Assembly: GCA_000004985.1 (NCBI GenBank)
Contig: GG738861.1
Length of the DNA stretch: 64,000 bases
Reading direction: 5' to 3' (one strand)
Source of the DNA: Naegleria gruberi
Lineage: Eukaryota
Part shown: positions 22,960 to 32,395 of the stretch, in pieces
How positions within the stretch are numbered: the first letter of the stretch is position 1
Layout of the letters: every line of letters starts with the position of its first letter
Notes under the pieces: generated by a model
Databases searched by the model: none
Seen by the model: only the letters and a program-made list of their open reading frames with translations
Told to the model about the DNA's origin: nothing
Translations under genes and position numbers: made by a program

Positions 22960-23946
22960 ATGATTAACCCATCTGTTTCCACTGTGCAAACTTTGCACTC
23001 ACCTGATGTGCGCCAAATGATTCCCATCACTTTCGGCTACACTTCAACCTACGCCCACACTATCCTAAACTTTAACGGAACCTCTCTGTTGCCACAACAA
23101 TTCAACGATTTTCACCAACTTTCCCAAGCAGACTATACCAAAACCTGTCAAGAATTAGACACTCTCATTCTCAAGAATTATGCCTACGAGGAGAGAAAAG
23201 AGTTATTCATGAGAATTGCTGCCATTGTTTCATTAATTCTCTTGCTGCCAATTATTGGATTTTTCATTTATTATGCAATCGATGAGTTGTTTTTAAAGAA
23301 GAAGAGAGATGCTGAATTGAGAGAGAATATGCAAAGGATTTTGGATGATCACAATGCTAGATTGTATAATCCTAAGGGAGTTTCATTGGTTTTGGATGTT
23401 GGATTGACATTGAATAGTTTTTCTGTTCCGATTGAAGCTTGGGAAATTAAGGTTGTTTCACATAGAGTTCAATTGCCACCTGCTAATCAACCATTGGCTT
23501 CCCCAGTCAAATTATACGAAACTAGATGTTCCTATAATAGAGAATGTCGTTTATTTAATCAAACTATTCCAGCCTCAATCAAGGATCAATATCAATTAGG
23601 AGATGAATGGGAGAAACTTGTTAAGGAAATGAATGCAATTTCCCTTAATAATTTACAAGTTTTCTTTCAATTTGTAACTGCCCCATTATACTGGTCTGTT
23701 TTGGTTTCGTCCATTACTCTATTTCTTGCTCTATTTTTATTTTTGCCATTCTTCTTGATCTATGTTGCCATCATTTACTTTGTAAAACTCAAACCAGAAG
23801 AAGATAATATGAGAAATGTGAAACTTCCACAACTTGTGAAGGAATATAATGAGAAATATTTCCTTCCAAAGGGTTTGAGAATTGCTCTCGATCAAAATAA
23901 GGTAAGAACTGCACATATTGATACTCTTTATTTGGCAAAACAATAA
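22960..23946 (+). CDS. hypothetical membrane protein (2-3 TM segments)
   Basis: ORF 22945..23946 with first ATG at about 22960 (MINPSVSTVQ). Hydrophobic helices at LILLLPIIGFFIYYAI and VLVSSITLFLALFLFLPFFLIYVAIIYFV. Confidence 0.45.
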   Translation: MINPSVSTVQTLHSPDVRQMIPITFGYTSTYAHTILNFNGTSLLPQQFNDFHQLSQADYTKTCQELDTLILKNYAYEERKELFMRIAAIVSLILLLPIIGFFIYYAIDELFLKKKRDAELRENMQRILDDHNARLYNPKGVSLVLDVGLTLNSFSVPIEAWEIKVVSHRVQLPPANQPLASPVKLYETRCSYNRECRLFNQTIPASIKDQYQLGDEWEKLVKEMNAISLNNLQVFFQFVTAPLYWSVLVSSITLFLALFLFLPFFLIYVAIIYFVKLKPEEDNMRNVKLPQLVKEYNEKYFLPKGLRIALDQNKVRTAHIDTLYLAKQ

Positions 23947-24004
23947 AAATATTCGAAATGAGTAAATCATGAGAAATATTTCCTAAATTTAATGATTTTT
24001 CAAA

Positions 24005-25171
24005 TTAATGTTCACTAGCGGCAGAAAACAATGCAGCAACTGGTGTCGAAACTAATGATTCAGTTTTTGTTGTTGTTGAGCTTTTCACAATTTCATTTCT
24101 CTTTTCAATTTCATTGAGCGCCTTTTCAGAGTCCAAGAATAATGGATAGAAAAGAAATAAAACCAAAACTGAATAGATTAAAACACCTAGACAATTGAAG
24201 AAATGCCAAACTGCTTTGATTTCTTCAAAAGCTGTGACTCCTGCAGCTAAACTAACGGAAATTATTTCTAATAAAATACACAAAACTAAACCTATCATTA
24301 ATCCAATGGTAATTTTGAATGGTGATTGAACTCTCTTTTCAAATGTTTGAGTTTCTAATGAAATCCTTACAGAGCTATTACTGTGATTATTTTTCTGAAT
24401 GGATTGAGTAACATTTTGAGTTGTTTTCCTAATGTTTCGAATAACCAAAACTCCAGAGCTGATAACCATTGAAATAACAAAAGCAAACATGAAGAAAACA
24501 ATCACAGCAAAGACAGGAAAAATATATGTCATTGTACTTGTTGGCACAATTTCGAAATTCTTAATTCCATATAAAATAGAAGCTGCCAAAATTAATAAGG
24601 AAGAAACGAAAATGAATACCACATTAATGGAAATCATTAGCATTTCAATAACTTTGTGAGTTTTCTTTGAAACTGCTCGCATTAGTTGTGCTGTTTTCCA
24701 ACTTGAATTCGAAAGTTCAGTAAACTGAAAATTAAACTAAACTTACAACATACTCTGAATGAAAAATATAATTTCAAACAGCGAAATAAAGTTAATATAC
24801 ATAAAGAATGTTGAAACGCCACCCATCACTTGAATTGCAACGAAAAAATTCCATTCTACTAATTGACCACTTTCGGATAATATCCTGCCATGCATTTGCA
24901 TGGAATCAAGGACTAATCTGCACATCAGATTCAAACATTGTATCAGAACAAACAAAATTGTGAGTCCGAATAGTATTTTGTGGTTTCGAACAAGTTTAAT
25001 TTTCGTGCTTATTCGAAACAAGAATAAACCTAGACCTATTAAATAAACTAGAAATACAATGAGAAAGAATAAACAATTAGCAAGAGATATTGCATTCGAC
25101 CAAACTGGAAGAAATGCACCTGTAGTAACGTTAGCATATTCATTAATTTCAATTGGTTTCGAATAGAACAT
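24005..25171 (-). CDS. multi-pass membrane protein, paralog A (2 exons: about 25171..24746 and 24700..24005, 45-nt GTAAGT intron)
   Basis: ORFs 24743..25171 and 24005..24682 are collinear, 55-65% identical paralogs of 27578..28012 and 26837..27550. Exon 2 extends upstream of its listed Met (…F|WKTAQLMRAVSKKTH), matching the paralog's SWKTARLLRAISNKTH. The splice keeps both frames open. Confidence 0.6.
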
Positions 25172-25536
25172 TTGGATTTGTTTTTTTTAATGTTGAAAAG
25201 TTTGTTGCATTTTATTGCTTGATTCGCAAATATCGCAACTAGTGGGGATACTGGAATCATTACTCATCTCTTGTCGAGGAATCCATTGTTGAAAATGTAT
25301 ATCTACACCTTTCGAATAATCGTAATGCACTTTCGGTTGATGAGAGCAGCTATGAAAATACTTTTATGAGGAGAGATGCATTTCGAAGATACCAACATGG
25401 AAGCATTGCATGTTACTTTCAAATCCCAAAATGTCGTTGCATTCGTCTTGTTTCTAATATTTTTTACCATGTTACAATATTATTAGAAACATTACCATTT
25501 TAAAATTAAATAATGTTTGTCTATCAATTGAGTGGT

Positions 25537-26637
25537 TTAGTTTTGTAATAATTCAACAATTGCATCAGCCAAGTCGTTATAGTTTCGTTTAAATCTGAAA
25601 CCATGAGTTCCACATTTCCATTCCTTAATTTTCAACTTTCCATTCGAAACCTTGTTAATTAAAGTAGCAAATAATTCGCCTTCATCTCTTACTACATCAT
25701 ACTCGGCAAGCCAGACGAAACCTTTTGGAAATTTGGAATAGAATAAATTATCTGAAAGGTCAATAGCACTAAGTGGTGATAAAAATCTATTCGATTTCAC
25801 TTCTTCTTCCCTCAATTCACCAATTAACAAACTCCAAAACATGTCCATTATCATTCCATCAAGTAAAAGTCCACAATCTCTAAATTTCTTATACGAATCA
25901 TACTTTTCATTTCCATATTTGTAATATTCCAAAACTGGATATAGTAAACCTTGCTGAGTTATCTGTGGCACATTTTCTCTTTCCAATATTTCTTTATCAA
26001 CTGAAAATATTCTAATTTGAGTTGTAATTGCTAAATGAGCTCCTGAAGATTCTCCTGTTATGGTCAATTGTGAAATATTTCCATTATATTTCTGATAATT
26101 CTTTCCAATCCAAGAAAGTGCATTCAAATTATCATTTAAACATGATGGGAAAACGTGTTCTGGAGTTTTTCTGTAATTTACACTCACGACTAGGAATCCT
26201 TTTTTGGATAAAGTCAGGCAGAGTTGATTGGAAGAGTCAATTGAGCCAAGCATCCAACCACCTCCATGAATATACATCACAATGGGATAGCCATCATTTT
26301 TGAAAGGTTTAGGTTGGTAAATTCGAAGTGAATAGTGTGAAATTGGTTGACCATTTTCTTTCAAATATAGTTCAGAACTTGAAGTGTCAAATGTAATTGG
26401 AATTGTCTCAATTTTCAACGATTCCGTTTCTAGAGAAGGTGGCAATGGTTTGGAAAGAACCTTTTCTATTATTTTCATTCTAGGTCCAAGAATTTTTATC
26501 ATTGACTTGATTAGGAAACTTCCAACAATTATTGAAATTTTCACACCAGGAAATTTCACACTTTGCAAATAGATATGACCAATAAAGAATGCTACTATTA
26601 ACACGGCTACAATAAACAGTACGAGTAGTAATGCCAT
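25537..26637 (-). CDS. alpha/beta-hydrolase, arylacetamide deacetylase / hormone-sensitive-lipase-like esterase with N-terminal membrane anchor
   Basis: HGGGW oxyanion-hole motif (IVMYIHGGGWMLGS) and GXSXG nucleophile elbow (TGESSGAHLA). N-terminal hydrophobic anchor MALLLVLFIVAVLIVAFFIG. Confidence 0.8.
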   Translation of the reverse strand: MALLLVLFIVAVLIVAFFIGHIYLQSVKFPGVKISIIVGSFLIKSMIKILGPRMKIIEKVLSKPLPPSLETESLKIETIPITFDTSSSELYLKENGQPISHYSLRIYQPKPFKNDGYPIVMYIHGGGWMLGSIDSSNQLCLTLSKKGFLVVSVNYRKTPEHVFPSCLNDNLNALSWIGKNYQKYNGNISQLTITGESSGAHLAITTQIRIFSVDKEILERENVPQITQQGLLYPVLEYYKYGNEKYDSYKKFRDCGLLLDGMIMDMFWSLLIGELREEEVKSNRFLSPLSAIDLSDNLFYSKFPKGFVWLAEYDVVRDEGELFATLINKVSNGKLKIKEWKCGTHGFRFKRNYNDLADAIVELLQN

Positions 26638-26836
26638 TTTTTTTAAATATTTCCAAATAGCTTCAACGTTTACTGCGACAATTTACGATTATTCGTTGAG
26701 ATTCTAGTTGACCGTTGTAATCTTGCAATTATTATCCCTATTGCAGAGTTATTCTCATTAGTTCCAGATCCAAGCAAGCTTCAATTTCTTCCACAAATTA
26801 TAATTTCAATCCATTAAGACACAACTCAATAGTCAA

Positions 26837-28012
26837 TCACACATCTTCCTTACTCAATGAAATCTGTGAAGAATTTGCAGAATTTTCAATTTTCACAACA
26901 ATGCTCGAATTCATCAACTCATTTCTCTTCTCAATTTCCTTCAATGCATTTTCCGAATCCAAAAACATTGGATAGAAAAGCAACATTAACAGCACTGCAT
27001 AAATCAAAACTCCCAAACAATTGAAAAAGTGCCAAATTGCCTTGAAATCTTCGGATGAAGTTACGGTGGAGGCGAGAGCCAAAGAAATTATTTCCAATAG
27101 AATGCACAATAATAATCCTAAAAGTAAGCCGAAAGTTATTTTGAAGGGAGATTGGACTCGTTTTTCAAATGATTTGATTTCAAAGGAAGCTCTGTTGGTG
27201 GGAGCAGAGTTTTGAGTATCGGAAAGTGAAGTGTTTCGAATAGATTGAGTGACGTTTCGTGTTGTTTGTTTGATGGTTCGCATGACGAGAATTCCTGAAG
27301 TGATAATTAATGAACTGAGGAAGATTAGAATAATGAAAATTGCAATAAATGATGCAACGAAGGCATAGGTCAAGTAGTTATTCGAAATGATTTCGAATTT
27401 CTTAATTGCATACAATGCAGAAACTGCAACCACAACCAAAACTCCAATAATTACAACCACAACATTTGCTATTAGAATGATAATTTCAATAATTCTATGT
27501 GTCTTGTTTGAAATGGCTCTTAAAAGTCTTGCAGTTTTCCAACTAGACAAATTATTCGAAAGTGTTCAAAACTAAACTTACAATAATCTCTGAACAAAGA
27601 AAATAATTTCGAATAGTGAAATGAAATTAATATACATGGCAAATGTTGTAATACCTGCTGTCACTTGAATAGCAAGAAATAAACTCCATTCCACCAATTG
27701 ACCACTTTCGGATAATAATCTTGCATGTATTTGCAACGAATCATGAACTAATCTACAAATTAAATTCAATATCTGAATAATAACAAAGATTATTGTCAAC
27801 ACAAATAAAACCTTGTGATTTCTCACTAGTTTCACCTTTCTACTTATTCGAAACAAGAATATTCCAAGTGCAATCAAGTAGACAATGAAAATTATTAGAA
27901 AGAAAATACAATTCGAAAGTGAGAGAGCACAGGACCATACTGGAAGAAAGACAGATGTTGTTACGTTGGCGAAACCTCCACTTTCAATAACTTCTAAAGG
28001 TACAATTGACAT
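26837..28012 (-). CDS. multi-pass membrane protein, paralog B (2 exons: about 28012..27583 and about 27543..26837, 39-nt GTAAGT intron)
   Basis: Same architecture and conserved blocks as paralog A (FLPVWS, RISRKVKLVRNHK, LSESGQLVEW, FEKRVQSPFKIT, WHFFNCLGVLIY, FLDSE.AL.EIEKRNE). Confidence 0.6.
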
Positions 28013-28319
28013 GTTTTTTTGTGTGAATTAATTATGTTTCGTCCGGTTTCTTTTGGTGATCTAATCCTGTTTGGGAACATGTAAATGATGCAGTTAACAA
28101 TATTAATTGTCAATTTGACTTTCTATATTTGAAATAGAATCGGTCAAAAATGCTCAAACATTTCTAATAGTTTTATTCGAAAGATCTACTATGTCAATAA
28201 GGAAATGGATGAACATCATGTAAACGAACTCTTGAAAAGAACAACAATCAGTTGAAAAATTACTTGCATTCTATTGACAAAGTTTTTTACAAATCTAATG
28301 GAATTTTAAGATATCTAAG

Positions 28320-28560
28320 AGAGATTATTATTGGAATAAAAAGGAATTCACACTAGCTCAGAAAATGCTGTTGAACCACTTTACAGAAATAATCCCACTA
28401 ACATTGTGATTAACACACAACTACTTGTTAATTATAGATGCCTCTGTTTATTAAATGGAAATGCCAATGATTTTCTGTCAAATGTAGAGTTTTATTACTG
28501 TATGATTTCACATACTTTTCACAGGTGAAAACTCAGAACTATTCGGACATAACATTACCA
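28320..28560 (+). repeat. degenerate non-coding copy of an internal segment (about 29680..29930) of the downstream TPR gene
   Basis: gagattattattggaataaaaaggaattcacactagctcag, ..gatgcctctgtttattaaatggaaatg.. and ggtgaaaactcagaactattcgga align by eye with agagattattattggaatagaaaggaattcacactagctcag, ..gatgcttatgtttattgaatggaaat.. and ggtgaatattcagaactattcgga inside the TPR CDS. The copy carries frame-breaking changes. Confidence 0.6.
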
Positions 28561-28726
28561 TGATGTAAATTACAATATCCTTCTAGTATATGATAGAGAG
28601 TTTCCAATTTTTCTTTTGGATCACCAATTTTGTGCCATATAGAAAACCCAATGTATTTATGTAGCTAGGAAGATATTTGGAACTCTAAATTGATTGAGTT
28701 TTTTGGATAAAGTGATCACAAAAAAA

Positions 28727-30595
28727 ATGTCCATAAGAGCAGCAAGATTATCATGGTCAACTGTTGTTAGGGTTGGAAAATTGGCACTTTTCTCTAATAA
28801 CACCAACAAGAAAATATTTTCGCACCATCAATTCACAAAATTAAATACTTTTAATACCTTTACAAATATTAATATTAATAATACTAATAATGCTATTAGA
28901 CAATATCACAGCAAGAGTACACTCCATAACAATACTGCTATTGAAAATGTTACTTTGGAAGATTCAATAGAATCCAGTAAAAAAGATAGAATTCAACATT
29001 TGACAGATGTTCTTGATTTGAATCCAAATTTTGCTCCTGCTCTGTTAGAGAGAGGTTTATTATATCAAGAATTGCATGATTTTACAAATTCTTGTATTGA
29101 TTTGGAAAAAGCAATTGAGATTGATCCAAATATAGAAGGATTAGTAAATCTGCATACTCAACTAGGCTATATGTATTCGAAAGTTGAAAAATGCCATGAA
29201 AAGGCGATTTTACATTTAGAAAAAGCATTGGATTTATGTTTTGAAGCTAATATAATTCCTTCAAATATAATTTTCATGTTAACATATACACTCTATGACA
29301 ATAATGGTCACCACGAAAAATCAATTAAACTTTTAACGAGGGGAATTAAATTTCTATCAAGTTTGGAAGCAACTGAAGAATTATCAGAATTATATGTACT
29401 GAGAGGAAATACTCTAATTTCTGAATATAAAATGTTTGAACGTGGAAATCAAGATTATGAAACATCACTTCAATTAGGAGTCAAAACCAAATTGTATTGT
29501 TTAAGAATAATTTTGAATTCTTATGTAAATTTACAGTTATTTGATGATAAGATATTAATGTATTACAATATGGCAAGTGACATTATTAAACAATTTGAAG
29601 CTGAAAATGTGAAACAACTAGATTATCATGTTGCAGAAATGTATTACACTGAATATTCTAAAATTAATACTATAATGAGAGATTATTATTGGAATAGAAA
29701 GGAATTCACACTAGCTCAGCAATATGCTGGTGAGGCAATTTATAAAAATAATCCTGAAAATATTAGAATTGATCCAATGCAACATAATGATTATAGATGC
29801 TTATGTTTATTGAATGGAAATTTCAGAGATGTTCTAGAAAATGTAGAATATATTTATGGGAAGATTGCAAGTAACATTACAGTTGATTTAAGTTTCAAAG
29901 GTGAATATTCAGAACTATTCGGAAACAAAACAGAAACCTTAATTTCACAACGTATTTTCTTGGGTTTATTATATGAAGCTGATAGGCAAATCGACAACTC
30001 GATCTTATTTTGTGGACCAATCAAAGAATTGTTGAAAGATTACAAAATTGATGAAAATTTCACATGTATTCCAAAAGAAAAATTGGAAACTCTCTATCAT
30101 GTGCTTGAAGGATATTGTAATTTACATCAGGGCGATCATTCTCTTTTGAATGAAAACATTTCTCTTGTTGTAAAATATTTTCCATTTTATTTATTTACAA
30201 TTGGTACAAGATACAAAATTAGAAATGAAATGGATAGGTCAAGAGAGTATTATTTACAATATTTCGATAAAAGTGGAGATTTGGAAGGATTATCTGAAGC
30301 AACTGACTGTCTAATTTCACTAAATAGATATGAGGAGGCAGTGGAAGAATCTGATAAATTATTAGAAAGAGATCCATTATACATTCATGCTCTGTACAAC
30401 AAGGGTGAATCATTATTTCACTTGGGGAAATTAGAAAGTGCCAGAAAGTGTTTTGATTTGGCAATTACTGAAGCTGAGAAACAGAACCACAAACATCTTG
30501 AATTGATGGTTCATTCATTGAAGCAAATGTGGCCTCAATATTTAATATTGTCAATTCCTATTACTTTGAAAAAAACCAATAAAAAATTAATTTAA
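28727..30595 (+). CDS. TPR-repeat protein
   Basis: The listed ORF starts at TTG 28694; first ATG is at 28727 (MSIRAARLSWSTVVRVG, resembling an organellar presequence). TPR-like helical repeats: ALLERGLLYQELHDFTNSCIDLEKAIEIDPN and YEEAVEESDKLLERDPLYIHALYNKGESLFHLGKLESARKCFDLAI. Confidence 0.6.
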   Translation: MSIRAARLSWSTVVRVGKLALFSNNTNKKIFSHHQFTKLNTFNTFTNININNTNNAIRQYHSKSTLHNNTAIENVTLEDSIESSKKDRIQHLTDVLDLNPNFAPALLERGLLYQELHDFTNSCIDLEKAIEIDPNIEGLVNLHTQLGYMYSKVEKCHEKAILHLEKALDLCFEANIIPSNIIFMLTYTLYDNNGHHEKSIKLLTRGIKFLSSLEATEELSELYVLRGNTLISEYKMFERGNQDYETSLQLGVKTKLYCLRIILNSYVNLQLFDDKILMYYNMASDIIKQFEAENVKQLDYHVAEMYYTEYSKINTIMRDYYWNRKEFTLAQQYAGEAIYKNNPENIRIDPMQHNDYRCLCLLNGNFRDVLENVEYIYGKIASNITVDLSFKGEYSELFGNKTETLISQRIFLGLLYEADRQIDNSILFCGPIKELLKDYKIDENFTCIPKEKLETLYHVLEGYCNLHQGDHSLLNENISLVVKYFPFYLFTIGTRYKIRNEMDRSREYYLQYFDKSGDLEGLSEATDCLISLNRYEEAVEESDKLLERDPLYIHALYNKGESLFHLGKLESARKCFDLAITEAEKQNHKHLELMVHSLKQMWPQYLILSIPITLKKTNKKLI

Positions 30596-30937
30596 CAGTA
30601 TTTGAAATAGTTTTTTATGTAAATGTAATGGAATTTCAGCAATTCAATTTTACAAGTGTTTATGATAATCAATTATTCAACAGATTTGACAATAAACTGA
30701 TTTCTCTCCTTTTCAAGTTATCACGTCCTGTAAATATTCAAAATTCATTGTAAACTAGCCTATTTCCTAAAAAGTAAGATATCAATCATTTCTAAATTGT
30801 TCACTGATCGTCATCCAAACGTTTTTTCATAATCTCAAAAGGTTTCTCAAGTAACGAAGAGTTTTCAAAAATAAAAAAAAACCAACATCCAACCTCACGT
30901 CAACAACTGCCAACTAATTGTACAGACCTAGATCAAT

Positions 30938-31459
30938 ATGGGAATCACACAAAACAAACTGTTAACCGTTGTAAAATCCATCTCTCTAGAACATTTAGAA
31001 TCTGGACTAAATGCTGAAGAAGCAGAATCACTTTGGAAGGAAGCAGATCTCAACCATGATGGAATTTTATCCGAAAGTGAAGCAAAATCACTTTTAAAAA
31101 ACCTAAACCTCACAATTATGGAAAGATTAAGAAAGGCAATGTCTGATCTCGATCAATATCTTCAATCTGATGAATTATTAAAAGAATGGATGAAAGAATG
31201 TGATGAAAATCAAGACGGAAAAATTACAAAAGATGAATTTCTTAAAATGGTAATGAGTGGACATGCAGTTGATACAATTCCAAAGATTTTACTTGATTCA
31301 ATTCATGGCATTGAGGAACAATCAGAAAAGAAGAGAAAGAGACAAGTTGAAGATCAAGCTAAGGAAGATTCGGATAAAGAGGAAGAAGAGGAAGAAAAGG
31401 AAGAAGAAGAAACTTTTGAATCTGAACTGAAAAAGGTTAAATTCACAACACTTGTTTAA
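30938..31459 (+). CDS. EF-hand calcium-binding protein with acidic C-terminal tail
   Basis: Two canonical EF loops (DLNHDGILSESE and DENQDGKITKDE). Starts MG..., possibly myristoylated. Glu-rich tail. Confidence 0.7.
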   Translation: MGITQNKLLTVVKSISLEHLESGLNAEEAESLWKEADLNHDGILSESEAKSLLKNLNLTIMERLRKAMSDLDQYLQSDELLKEWMKECDENQDGKITKDEFLKMVMSGHAVDTIPKILLDSIHGIEEQSEKKRKRQVEDQAKEDSDKEEEEEEKEEEETFESELKKVKFTTLV

Positions 31460-31649
31460 TCATGATGCATTGCATCGATAATAAAATGTAATATAAAATG
31501 TAATAAGGTTGTTCCCATATTCACCTGAAACTTTCGAAATAAGTTTAAATAACTTAAACTAAACCTTCCTTTTTAGTAACAAAATTCAAACAACCCTGCA
31601 TTGTTCTTTTTTCCATTTTTCCAAAAAAATTGTCTTGACATGTGTAAAC

Positions 31650-32198
31650 ATGCAATTCCTGCCCAATACAATTACCCCAGGTTTTCACATCTCCATCCGA
31701 GTCATCAACCAACCACCACCTTCTACTAGAAATTATCTTGAAACCATCAATAGTAATGGCACTTTAAATTTTGCCTATGGGTCGATCATAACTCCACCAC
31801 AAAACTATGTTCATGGAATGATCGATGAAAATGTCATGACGGATATTCTATCTCATTTCTCTTTACATTCTATGGCTCCTCTTGAATATCACATTGTTCA
31901 GAGAATACTTGTTGGTCAACCGGTGTTTATTAAAATTCCAAACTCTACGGAATATGGTGGATTATTCGCAAACAAGTTGATTGGATTGGTGTTTCAAGTG
32001 AAAAATGATGTTTTAGTATGTGTAGTTGTCAAGACAGATGGCAGCTCTGTCGATGATTGTGCAATTTCAAAATTATTCAAAATAGTGCAAGGAGCTTCTG
32101 TAATATCAGAGGATTCATTGTTTTCGAGTGGAGATGTAAATATTGGAAATGAAAGACGTAAATATATATACTTTGTTCTTGGGGAATTTCTCAACTGA
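31650..32198 (+). CDS. hypothetical protein
   Basis: ORF 31635..32198, first ATG at 31650. No recognisable motifs. Confidence 0.4.
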   Translation: MQFLPNTITPGFHISIRVINQPPPSTRNYLETINSNGTLNFAYGSIITPPQNYVHGMIDENVMTDILSHFSLHSMAPLEYHIVQRILVGQPVFIKIPNSTEYGGLFANKLIGLVFQVKNDVLVCVVVKTDGSSVDDCAISKLFKIVQGASVISEDSLFSSGDVNIGNERRKYIYFVLGEFLN

Positions 32199-32395
32199 GT
32201 AATCTGGACGAAAGTCAAACTAAACTGTGCACAACAAAAGCAATGTTGTGAGTAAGATTGCCACCTCACCAATAAACAATAAAATTCCCAATTTAGAACA
32301 AACGTGATTGTGGTTTATTTTCTCAATCCATTGCTCGAATTTGCCATCAGAAATGTCAAATAAAAAAATACAGAAAATACTCTAGTCTGTGTGAA

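Noticed and set aside
23899-23946. Possible GTAAGA donor near the end of ORF 22945..23946
   Set aside because: No downstream same-strand exon is available before the convergent minus-strand gene at 24005. The simple read-through to the stop at 23946 is preferred.
24701-24745. A 22-nt GTAAGT…TTTCAG candidate intron in membrane-protein paralog A
   Set aside because: It is too short for a spliceosomal intron. The 45-nt alternative that ends at the next AG preserves the WKTA…KTH motif shared with paralog B and the reading frame.
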